Assembly (NCBI GenBank): GCA_903813345.2
Contig: CAIIXF020000001.1
Coordinates: forward strand, 27,218,001 to 27,282,000
Length of the DNA: 64,000 nucleotides
DNA from: Owenia fusiformis
Lineage: Eukaryota
Reading direction: 5' to 3'
Both the position numbers and the translations under genes were made by a program. The stretch's first letter is position 1. Each line of letters opens with the position of its first letter. Below the pieces are notes generated by a model that did not search any database, was not told the DNA's origin, and was given only the letters and a program-made list of their open reading frames with translations. Shown here one piece after another: positions 1 through 12,100 of the stretch.

Positions 1-466
1 GGTCAACAAATAAACCGCTGTACAACAATGAACCATGGGCTTTCAATTAGTTGAAAGCCCATGAATGAACGAAACAGTGTTGACAAGAACACGACAACAA
101 TTACATGTTATTTTCTGAGTGGATCTATTTAATATCACCTCGAACATTTTCAATTTATTTAACAACGATTTCGTTTCACCAAAAGTTAATTTTCAGACAC
201 AATTAATGGCTGATGAAAAAATATGTTTCAGAAATTGATCAGAATAGCCACATTTAACTACTTTAAATGAACAGTTAACGCGAATTGTTACAGTGCTGAT
301 ATATAATAATATAGGGTGCATTTTCAAACTAAAAAGAGTGTTCCTACCAAAATGAATTTGCCTACATACCCCTGAAACTCGTATCTGATAGATAGAATGC
401 ACAAATAAAACAAAAGTTTTGCAATTATAGGTAAAAAGTTCTCTTGAAATTTCGAAGTGATTTTAC

Positions 467-620
467 CTGTTAATTCTGTCCATGGTCGGCCATTTTTGCG
501 GAAGTTACACTGAAACGCAAACTCCATATAACGAAACGAAATCACTAGAAAAAAACATGGCACACATTGTGCGCATGTGCAGCAAAGTTTAGACCAATTA
601 GATTATTTGATTATTTCGCG
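467..620 (-). promoter_or_regulatory. Putative bidirectional promoter and possible first exon of a leftward gene
   Basis: Cluster of YY1-like (GCCATTTT ~489), ETS-like (CGGAAGT ~499), NRF1-like (TGCGCATG ~570) and CCAAT (~594) motifs. The minus strand has ATG GAC AGA ATT AAC AG|GTAAAA at 483-467, a possible tiny first coding exon. Confidence 0.3.
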
Positions 621-2473
621 CACGTGAATTATTTGCTTCCGAGCACTTACAAGCTTGCCACAATAAACTAACCTGGCAGAGACTACCCTTAGCCTACTTC
701 ATTTTGGCGAAATTTCAGCTCAAACTCGTGAAAAATGCATTATGCATACGCTGGTGTGAAGCCTTGGAGACACTCATTTTGGTAAATATGATTTATGGGG
801 TATACTTTTCTGCAGTTTGTGGGAGTTTGGGACATTAAATGTTAAAATTCAAGAAAATATGCCAATTAAACGACTGATCGATTATTATATACCAGCACTG
901 TACATGGAATATTTTGAAGGTTGGTGACATCATTGTTAATAACATAGCAAGGAAGTTAACTCAATAACGACTCTAATGAATGCTGTAATTGGGTTTACTT
1001 GTTAAACTAATCGGGAATGCATCGGGATAAAAAAATATGAATGATGACCCCGGAATGACACCCCTGAGTGAGAGATGAAATTTTTCAATAGACATGGAGT
1101 GGTGAGATGGGTAGATTTTAATTCCGGTCAATTCTAATATCTGTTCCTACGCCTGTAAGAGGAGGGGAAGCTTCAGAGCTTTAGTGATAACAGAATAATT
1201 TACTTGCTTACAACCTTCGTTTGTTCGAATTTTCACTGGCTAGTTTCCAAATGCTACACTTCGATGTGATGTTTTAATTGATGTAGGCATATTTTGTACA
1301 CTTTTTTTTGTCTTGATGTGAAATAAGAAGGTAAGAACATAATATTATTCGAAGCATATTTCCAAAATTTTGAGGCCGCTATTTTGTTTGTCGATTTTTG
1401 ACCAACCAGAGATGTATGTCATCTCAATACACGTATACATTATAAGGATATGTCATCTTTGAACTCTGTTAATGCTCCTGGGTGCCTGTGTTTTCTTGCC
1501 TAACTTAGCCTTAAAAAAATTAGGAAAATTTAATAAAAAAACATATGAAAATGCCTACAACTTGGCAGTACATCTCTTGCAATGGCAAACACACTCACTA
1601 TTAAATAAACATGTCGTCCATCTATTGATTGTACAATGATCTTCCAATCCAATTCACGGCGTAAGCCAAAATAACGCCGAAAAGCGAAATGTTTTGAAAT
1701 GTTAAAAGTAGGTCAATTTCCAAGATGGAAGTTTTAGAGCTAGCAATGTTTAGCTTAGTAAAATATCATATCATGCAACCGTCATAGTTAGAGCAATTTA
1801 TTAATAAAATAATCAGAAAGATGAAGCATGGGATCCAGTATGATTTATATTATGAATATGGTGTACTAACATGGAAAATAATAGGACATAACTTTAGTGC
1901 GAAACTCGCCACAATATACAAAGCTGGTTTTATTGCAAAATAAAAAATCCTGATAACTTACACTCATCTCTCCCGTTAGACACATGTAAGTAGCTGAATA
2001 TACTTCATATATCTATCTGAGGTAGCTGGCGAAGCATACAATGTTTATCCTAAATATACATTTTATGTAAACACCGGATTTTTTCAATTTTATGGGAAAT
2101 TGAAATGATTTTCATGCTGATGCTCATTCACTGATCAAATTACATGTAGGCAAATGTAAATTGTGTTTTGTAAATGAGACTCATAATATGAGAAATAGAA
2201 CATGAACAATGATGTTCATTCTCCTTCACGATATACAGATCTGTATTTAGACAGTTAATCAGAAAATGTCTGTGTCTTTCACAAGACTCAGATTTTATGT
2301 CATTTGACACGTGTGCTCTGTTATACTGTAGTACATTCTAAGGTTACCCAAAGAGCTGTCTCTACTATATGTATTAAACAATTCTCTTAGACAATGTCAA
2401 AACCTGGATGATGACCTTGTCCGTGAGATCATTTTTGATAATTACTTACTAATCTTCTTTAGATGATAACAAA

Positions 2474-3501
2474 ATGCAGAGAGGAAGTATACGTAAACAG
2501 CGATTCTATGATAAGCTCCACAGGGGTGCCGTTGGTGTTCTTCTTGCATTGACGGGATATGGTGCTTACTTGGTTGGTCACAGATTCTATAGATTCTTCA
2601 CAGGTAATAAGCGTCATCTGGGCTAGGGAGATGTGAATGTTTGGAATTTTTATGGAGTCACATTTATTTATTTTTAAGAATAATGTCACCACCAAAAAGT
2701 GTTGACATATTGTTATGGTCTCCATTTGTTTTTTGACAGTGGTTAGCGGTTGGTGGTTGACGAAGGGCATCTGTATTCTGTAACAATTTCTTACAACTTC
2801 CAATAACTTAACAAATACTGTTTAGACTGACTTCTATTTTTTTCAAAATCATATACAAGTTTTCAGAAGTATAGATTTGACCTTCAATAACATTCTCAAG
2901 GTCAAAAAAGATTTTACCTCCTCAAGGTCAAAAATGTCTTTTTTCATCTTTTGACCAATTTATCTTCACTGATTATTCTCATTTTTCATACATTTGATAA
3001 ACAAAATATTCTGCACACCCTTTTCTCAGTTTCTAGGTTCTACAACATTAGTGCACCATTTGTGAGAAACTGAAATATGTAGACAATGTGGGGAAGGGGG
3101 AGTTCATATTTAAAAAGTGACTCTATGAGGATTGCATCAAAATTTCCGAAAGTACACATTGACCTAATCAACGGTCATTTACAATATTTTTTGACGACAT
3201 ATATTTTTTGTAATTATACAATAATATATCCAATGTTGTCAGAATCTCGAGAATATGAATATGTCTCAACATACTCTTTGCTTGTCCTAGCCATATGGCC
3301 CTAACAGCAAGTTTTACTACATTATGTCAAAAATGTCTATTAAACGCTGTGTTTTTGTTTGCAGTAACACAACCAGAACAGAAGAAATTAAAGGAAGAAG
3401 CAGTAGCAAATGAACAGCAAAGAGCATTAGAAACACCAATCTCGCAAAGAGACTTAGAACTTTTGCAACAACAGAAAGAAGCAGAAACACTAAAAACATA
3501 G
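2474..3501 (+). CDS. COX14: Cytochrome c oxidase assembly factor COX14-like small membrane protein (88 aa, 2 coding exons)
   Basis: Exons 2474-2603 and 3365-3501 (GT-AG, phase 1) give MQRGSIRKQRFYDKLHRGAVGVLLALTGYGAYLVGHRFYRFFTVTQPEQKKLKEE...LKT*. The D-x-x-HR motif, single TM segment with T-x-YG and charged tail match my recollection of the COX14 family. Probable non-coding first exon ends at donor 781/782; AATAAA near 3705 and 3748. Confidence 0.75.
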
Positions 3502-4910
3502 AACAGAAAACATTTTAGGTCATTGCATTTGTAAATAATAGCTTTCGAGGGGGGGAGTTCCTTGGCTAATATAGACTGGAAAAATCTCAATTGGAATCCA
3601 AATCAAGCAGATTTAATGAGTGAATCAATGCTGTATCTGAATTGGAACATGAGTAAGGAACTACATTTAATATTGGTAATAACGAGCATGAATGAATTAC
3701 AGCAAATAAATGTTGAAATTATGAGATAAGAATAATTTCATATCATTGAATAAAAAGAGTCAATCATGACAAAATGTCAAACATATTTATTGTTGGTTTT
3801 CTTTTGAAAATATCGTTTAAGAAGTCTTTTTCACGATCAGGGTATATCGATATATGCCAACAACATACAGCAAGCATACTGTATATGGGTGTAACGCTAC
3901 ATTTGAATTTAGCATATCTTTGAGCATTATTAATGACCAACTAGTGAGTCAGAGCACAGAGCTTATAAAACCTTATACCTTGTACTGTTATGTTGTACAC
4001 TCATACTGGACATTAGCGTATGTGCTTTACATAATATTAATATTCGTTGTTTCCTTTTTAAAATAGTGGACATTAACTAGAACATCTTTTTTTTGGTTTG
4101 ATTTTAGGTTTCTGAGTTAATGATGTTATTTGCTATTTGTTGCATTCATTTTGTCCTTGGCGATATTTAAAAATAGAATTGGCAATTTAACAATTAAATG
4201 TTAGTGTCTTGTTTTTATTTCATGATTTAATGAGGTGTAGAGGAAAGCATTTTTTAGCCACATTCAAAATCTCAATGCATTTGAATCATTTTCTTCACAT
4301 TTTGGTGTCTCTCACTCTATCAAATACCATCATGGGTCAAGTATTGATTATCCCCAGTCTACCAGTAGGGATTAGGTTATGACTAACTTGTACTAAAATG
4401 TCCATGGAATTTTGAAATTGCAGACATGTTGTAGTAGGCCATATGCTAACTTTTCATATGAGAATGCTTAGAAGTTAAGTCAACTTAACCTAAGTTAATT
4501 GCAATGGGATGGTAGAAACTTTATGTTGTTAATATTGGGAGTTATATTAATTCCAGTTGCAGATTAATTCTAATTACTTTAAAATATTCACTTACTCCAT
4601 TTGATACATCCTCCTAAGCAGGTGTCCAGAATCCGTACCTCCTTCCCCTCTGCTTTAACCAATTTGGAAGCGCCCGATTTAACTGAATCACGTGATCTAA
4701 TTATGCGCAATGACTTACACATGATTTGTCGTAGTGTTGCGACAGCCAATCAGATTGTAAGTTCTTAATTGGGGAAATGCTAACTGCTTATTGCAGGGAT
4801 TTAAAAAGAATATATTCTGGATATTGAAGCCCTGTGATCAGAGGATGCATTTGATATGGTTCATTCAATACTGATCTTTCATGTGTTGCCTATTATGATT
4901 GTACATATTA

Positions 4911-5126
4911 CTGTACTTCTACATGTATTTAATTTGGTGTTACTTGGCGGATTTGCTGTTTTGAACATTTGGTGGCTACTTAATTTGGCAGACTTGCAAT
5001 ATTACAATGTACTAATGATACTCTACACATGTTACATGTTACTAAAATTACTGGGGAATTTGGCGGCTATTTAATTTGGTTGACTTTAACAATTTGGTGG
5101 ATCCGTCAAATCAAGTAGATGTACAG
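4911..5126. mobile_element. Tc1/pogo-like MITE
   Basis: TA|CTGTACTTCTAC ... GTAGATGTACAG|TA terminal inverted repeats with TA flanks; internal repeated (A)ATTTGG(C/T)G motifs. Confidence 0.55.
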
Positions 5127-7837
5127 TATAGGGCCATAAGTATTAGGGTAGTAGCTCTCTTAAATAATCAACTAAGACATACAAAAATCATACTTTATAT
5201 TTTAAGAAAATAGATTTATTGCCTTCATACTTAATATAGTACATGTACATACATATCTAATAATATTTACTCATAATTATGGGAGAAAATGTTTAATAAT
5301 TTATGTATGGAAATGACTTAATAGACTTGGTCAGAAATGACAGATTCTTAATTTTCTCAGGTGTGTATTGTCAGATTCAGATAAGTGGTAACAACTTGGA
5401 AACAATCCATATTTGGTCGTTTATATAAAAGCAATATCATAGATTTCTAAATCTATAATACTGTAATTGTTATCATATGAACAACAAAATATGGAAATAA
5501 GTTTTAATTAGAAATACCAACTGTTTTTCAATTATTCCAGGAAAGATATTGCTCAATGAAATAAAATGTGCCACAAGATTTAGTCCTCAGTGCTATGAAG
5601 TTCATGTATTATCACTAATTTTAGGACAAATCATGGCTCCAAATCAGTCACAATTGATTCATTTAAAATTAATTCGTCATTTCATTTACCACAAAACACA
5701 GACATTTGTAAACATACTGAATACTGACTCTGAAATCCTGTAGCACAATTTAACCAATTTGACAATATTTTATAAACCATCCTGCTACACAGGAAATATA
5801 ATGACATATAAATAGGGTCACATGATGAATAGGTTCAGTGAATTACTGATTATGAAAATGAAGGTCAATTTGTAACTATCTATCTTAATATAAATAGATC
5901 ATGTCATACATCTGATTAAATGTACCTCACCTAAGATTATCTTCAGCAGAGAGGCAAATTTGCAACATAATACAATAATTTATGACACATATATTTCAAT
6001 TATGTTTGGGATGGATGAACAATTGCAAATATTTGCATACTACATTATAGCATCTAAACTAATCAACTTGAAAACTAAACAATAAATATTTCTGATTTAT
6101 TTTTTAATTGATTAAATACAAACTTGATAGATCCATTTATTTATTTGTTTAGTCATGCATTAAGACCTTCAACTTCCTCTGAAAAACACCAAAATAGGGA
6201 CAGGGTCAAAATATCGAACATTGAATTTACATTTTCTCTCAATATTCAACATTTTTGAACTGGTCCCTCATACAACTGAAGGTGACAGAGTTCAGATAGT
6301 TCAAGGTCATACTGCATGACCGTATATTTTAATTTTTAAAGAATATAGATATAACAATATATTGGAATTGTTCTAACATCTATGAAAATAACATTACTTT
6401 TATTCAGAGCTATTATTAATAAGATCTTGGAAAAGTTACGACATAAAGTACAATTTAACTTTGTCAAAAAACGCTTGTTCTCACATTCAAGATTTCATAG
6501 TTTTGAAGAAAGGATTACTTCTAGAAACACAACAATATTACAAAGTACAAGGATTATTAAATTCCAGTTTTACAAATCACAAAATGACACACAATGGATT
6601 CCCACAACTGTATATCTAAACTGACTTTGTCATTCTCATATACAATGATATGGAATAAAGCCATAATAATTTCTGTCTTGCAATACAACTTCCTGATGAG
6701 ATATATTGTGATTCCAACAGGACATCATTTAATAAAAGATAGAATCTAAGAGAATTTTTTTTCAAAATGTACAAAAATGATGCATCTTTAACTTAAATAT
6801 TAAGATAATGTTGATCTCAAGTAAGATATTTTTGAGATGGTAAACAACACACAAGTTGGTTAACCAGTTAATCCAATGACAGATTCTACTTTCCTATTGT
6901 TTGGTCCTAATCAATCCAATTACAATCTTTTACATGATTCTACAATACCAATGTACATCTATGAAGTATATACTAAATACTAAAACACTTGAAACAATAC
7001 TGTCTTGAATTTTTAAAACATAGCACCAAATACATTCAACATGTTCAAGGGATGATTATTTTAAGGCCACAAAAACAGACAACAGCTATTTCCATAATAG
7101 GCGAACATTTATGTCTGAAAATAAATAAATGAAATAATATGACAAAATATTTATATTCCAAATTGAATAAATAGTACTCTCTATATTTTACACAATGTAG
7201 ATGTAATATTTAAAATCTTAAAATATTTAAGTAATATGTAATATTTATAATCTATTAACACGTCTGTGCTCATATCTAGTCATATACAGTTCATATTTTT
7301 TTATTTTTGCTTATTTCATAAATATAATAATTCGATTTAGATGATTTGATTTTCTCAGATAGCTAAGCAGTTCCAAGTCAAGAATAGTATGCCTTATTCA
7401 ACTTTAAATTGCACTTAAATCCTTAATCCACACTTGATCCTCCATTATCTTCATATGTCCATTGATCTATAGATTCATAACTGCATTTTCTAGACATGAT
7501 GGCACTATTTCCAGCAGCTACTAGAAACTTGACAGTAATACAGGTGATTTGAGCCAATTTCTCAAGAGTAGTGTAATTTATGATTAACAAAATTCAATTC
7601 ACAGGCGTTGTTTCCGAAAATTAACACTCAATGCTGTGCATCTCGTGCACATTTTGGAAATCAACACCCTTAAGGAATGGTCATTCCACATTGCACTGTC
7701 CAGGGCTTAAATCCTAAATCCTTCCAATATTTCACTCTGTCAATATTGTGAGTGCTAATATGAATTCATGAATCATATTTCCATTTTTTAAGAAAACTCT
7801 AAAACACTACTTTGCTGATTCACAAACATGTTGTCAA

Positions 7838-8908
7838 TTCATAAATGAACAGGCTCTAGATTAATGAATGAATATATTTTTTGTTTCTGAATCAATCTGG
7901 CTGAAATTTTTACACAGTATACCTACACTATTCATACATTTGAATCTTGATTTATAGTGAATAGGTCATTGAAGATAAAAAGTTATAATTGCAAGAGTAA
8001 CCTGAGTCGGGGGTAGGCGGAGCAGCATTGAAAAAAAGAAAAATTTAGATAAAAAATATGGGTTAGGGGTAACTTTAACATACTTTAAAGTATCCTTGAA
8101 AATACAAAACAAGCCAATGTTGCCATTTTAACACTAGGTGATGTCATATGATGACATCATAGTTGAAATTTCTTTGATTCATGACATCACTCATGGTATC
8201 ATAGTGACCTACATTGGTTGATGATATCAAACTTTGTGAAAGGCAGCGTCAATTTTATTTTCGTGGAAATGGCTGCAAAATCAGCAAAAGATGATGATTT
8301 CCAATTACAAATAATCAGTAGCACTGGGATGTATGTTTTACTGGGAAATTCAAGAAAACAAACACTTGATGATATTCATGAGATTTTTTGGAAGTAAGCT
8401 ATGGCCAAAAGAACCATTTACAAAATGGACTAAGACATTTACTGATGGTAGAACAAATGGTAAGGACAACGCTAGATCAGGCCGCCCAAGAACAAAATCC
8501 AGTGAGGATCAGATGACGTTGATGAAAGCCATCCATACAAAGATCAATCGCAATCTGATTCCCCCATCTATTTGAGAAATGCTAAGTAAGACAGCAGAGG
8601 TGTATAGACCACGATGGACACTATTTTGAACACCTATACTCTTGAGATTATTTAAATTATTTAAATAAATAGGACAAGTTAAAAACATTTTGAACATTCA
8701 AACAGAACAGATCCTTTTTTGCCTGCTCCGCCTACCCCTGACTGATATGACGATAGCAACCATAACTTTTTTTCTTCAAGGACCCATTAATTATAACTTA
8801 GGATCTCAATGTATGAATAGTGTAGGTATACTGAGTGAAAATTTCAGCCAGATGGACTGAGATGCAAAAATTTTAAAGGACTTTTGCAAGAACTTTATGA
8901 ACGCCCTG
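7838..8908 (+). mobile_element. Degenerate mariner/Tc1 element with long TIRs, downstream of (possibly within the 3' UTR of) INO80D
   Basis: ~200-bp inverted repeats (~7880-8035 vs ~8715-8860). The right end reads ...GAACGCCCTG|TA. Internal ORF 8333-8575 contains W-x3-F-x2-G-x5-D-x2-RSGRP, the mariner/Tc1 transposase N-terminal HTH-linker signature. No catalytic domain seen. Confidence 0.75.
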
Positions 8909-9193
8909 TACATGTACTGATTCATTACATACACGCACCCATCCATAAATAATTCAATATTTCTGGCAGTTGTTAACTGGGTTAATGACACCTTCACAAG
9001 GTCCCAAGTTTAAAATGTTACCTCATGGTATTTTGAATTTTCCTCAAAAATCTGCCAAATCGAATTGCCACCAATATTCAGAATTTGGTGAAAACACCAA
9101 GAAAAACCACTAAAATAACTCAATTTGAAGTCTTGACTTATTTTATCTTAACTTGCACTGCTTTGTTGATATTTGATGGTATTATTGACACTG

Positions 9194-12100
9194 CTAAGTC
9201 CTGGGTTGTGACTGCTGTGGTTGCACATGTAATCCCCCAGCCAGGGTGAACTGAGGAAGAGCCTGATACTGTATTGTAGGGGTAGTGGGCTGTGTTGAAC
9301 TCCCACTGTATGGCAAATCTCCTTGCTTACTCGAGGCTATATGGCCAAATTGCTGTGCAAGATATGGGAACTTTGCTGATATACCCGTGACAGTTTGTGA
9401 CTGGTTGTGTGATCCAGGTGGGAAACCATTATGGTAGACTACCTGGGGAACCGCTTGTGCCTGGGACATGTCCCCTGTGTTTGGCCACGCTGGTCTTAAA
9501 CCTGGCATAGGGGAGGACATCGTTGGCTGTAGCTGCGGAGATTGATGTGGTGATTGTGGCATGCGATGTGGTGACTGCACTATTTGATGCGGCGATTGTG
9601 CCATATTATGGGGCGACTGAGCCATATGATGTGGCGATGGTGGCATATTATGTGGCGATTGCCCCATATGATGTGGTGAGTGTGCTGCATGATGCGGTGA
9701 TTGCTGAACAATGTGTTGGAGATGAGCATGTGGAGATGGTACATGGGGTAATTGCATCTGCTGCCCTTGGGGCAATGTCTGTCCCTGGGGCAATGTCTGT
9801 TCACTGTACTGATGATGCGGTGATATACTGTTATTATAACCAGGGGGTACTGGCAACATATGTGGGCTATTGGCAGAATAAGTCCCTGGTGATGGGGCCT
9901 GTGTCATGTTAAACTGTTGACTAGCCAAAGTTTGGCTTAAATACTGAGAGGAGGCAGTAGAGTTAGATTGTGTTGTTGCTGTATACAACTGCGGTAAATG
10001 GTTAGGCCTCTGTTGTAACTGAACTGGTTGATGCTGTGCAAACTGGCCAGTCACCGGGACGCCATTACTTACACCACCAGATAGTGTCATAAGATCTGAA
10101 TTAAGCACCTGAGTGATTGAATTTAAATCCTGCATTGAGAGTGAACTCTCTATAGCACTAAGATTGTCCTGATCACTGACACTAGTATTAGGAATGGTAT
10201 TAAGTAGCGAGTTCTCACTGAGTGTCTGACTGTTGAGTATATCATCTGCTATGTGTTTAGGGAGTTCTCCATCCTCACTAGAGTTATCATCTATGAGGGT
10301 TTGTCCCGAGGAGAGTTTTTCAAGAGATTCTTTAGCATAGTTAAGGTCCTTAGAGGCAGCTGCTAGAGCCAGTTCCAGCTCCTCTGTTTCCTCTTTTGTT
10401 GGCACGAAGTCTCCATTTTTACCTGCAAGTATCAATATCATCTCATATCTAGTAATGTCTTTCTCAGGGAGATAACAGCATCACGTTAGTTACATCTGTA
10501 ATACATCTCAACCACAAAGATAACATTTACCAGCTCAAGATTTTGTAGTGATCCTCCAAGGTGTTTGATGTACATGTTCATATATTAACCATTTATTTAA
10601 ATTGATTCTTCTCGTATGGAAACGGATACATTTTAAACAGAAAACTCACCTTTACATATTACAAGGTGCTTGTGTCTTTTTGTTGGATATTCTTTAATGT
10701 ATTTCAGTATTTAATAATTAATTATTTATAAAATCAATATAGTGAAAATAAATCATCTTGTGTTCTACTTACCCGTAAATATGTTAAAAGCGTCATCTGG
10801 CAATTTATTGAGCACATCATTGAAGTCTTGGTCCAATGGCATATCATCTAATGTTTTGTCAATAGTGCCTGCAAGTAGAGTGATACAGCATTGAATTTAA
10901 GCCAATTAATATAGGAGCTATTATTACCACCTTGCCGGGCCAGTTCTAGGGGTTTTAGTGCTAGTTTAGAAGGCGTTTAATTTACTATATCGACCTGAGA
11001 AATGTGTGACGTCATAGTGGTGGTCCATATGGACCGGTCTAGAATATATTCTGGACCGGCAATTTTCCCCGGGAAATTAGATATCGTTCAATGCGTAAGA
11101 TTTTCTTGCTGTTTCAGTCCTGGTCGTTAACGGTGGTAATAATACTAATAACGTCATTTCTGCGAGCGATATAGTGAAATATTGGACCTTGGGCCTTCGG
11201 CCCTTGGTCCAATATTTCACTATATCGCCCTTAGAAATGACGTTATTGTACTATTCCATTGAAATCTTTGAGGTAGAGGAGGTATAGATTTTTAACACCC
11301 TCCCTTAGATATTTACTATTTTACCCCCACCCCTCTATCACTTTCACTTGAAAAGCTGTTATATCAAAATGGCAAACAGTGAACATATAGACAGTGCTTG
11401 GGTATGACGAAATGAAATCATTGTAAAACCTTTCAAGTATGACATACCTAGTATATTACTCAAAAATCAGTTCAGGGTTTATCTTTCCAAAAATATATAT
11501 GCCTCTCAGTCCCTAAGGGAGATGTAGATAGCTCCATCAGGATGAATTATATATTATACAAATAGTGACTGCCATTGAGGGCAATAGTGTAAATTATTTC
11601 CCCGAGGGAATATCCTCTACAATGTACTATTCCCGAAGCCGCAGGCTGAGGGAATAGTACATTGTAGAGGATATTCCCAAGGGGAAATCATTTACACTAT
11701 TGTTCGAAATTAGGCAGTCACTATTTGTTTTATTATATACCCTTTACTGATTCTTGTCCAGTTTCCTCTGCGAAGGCCAAAAAGGCTTAGAAAGCCCCCT
11801 CCCCGGGTCCATTGTTAGCATTATAAGCTGTGACGTCATCAGATGCTCAACAGAAATTTTTGCCTCTGAGACTCTCACTTGACAAATTCAATCGCGTTTA
11901 ACACGCGGAATAGATTATCATAACACTTGAAATTACGCAGACGTATTGAGCTTAGGGAACTTTATACACGTTGCTTATACTGTATCGTTCACGCACGTCT
12001 GTCATGGTGAACGGAGTTGATTTGTGTTTGTGCTCATCCTCCATTTTTCTGTTTTTCGTCTGCGCAGTGATGATGCGCAGACGTTTCCAAGGGTAATAGA

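Noticed and set aside
6196-6268. Short imperfect inverted repeat AGGGAC...GTCCCT
   Set aside because: Possibly a Harbinger-like MITE relic, but there is no TSD and too many mismatches.
9523-9912. 129-aa plus-strand ORF and 74-aa alternative-frame ORF
   Set aside because: Shadows of the repetitive INO80D last exon.
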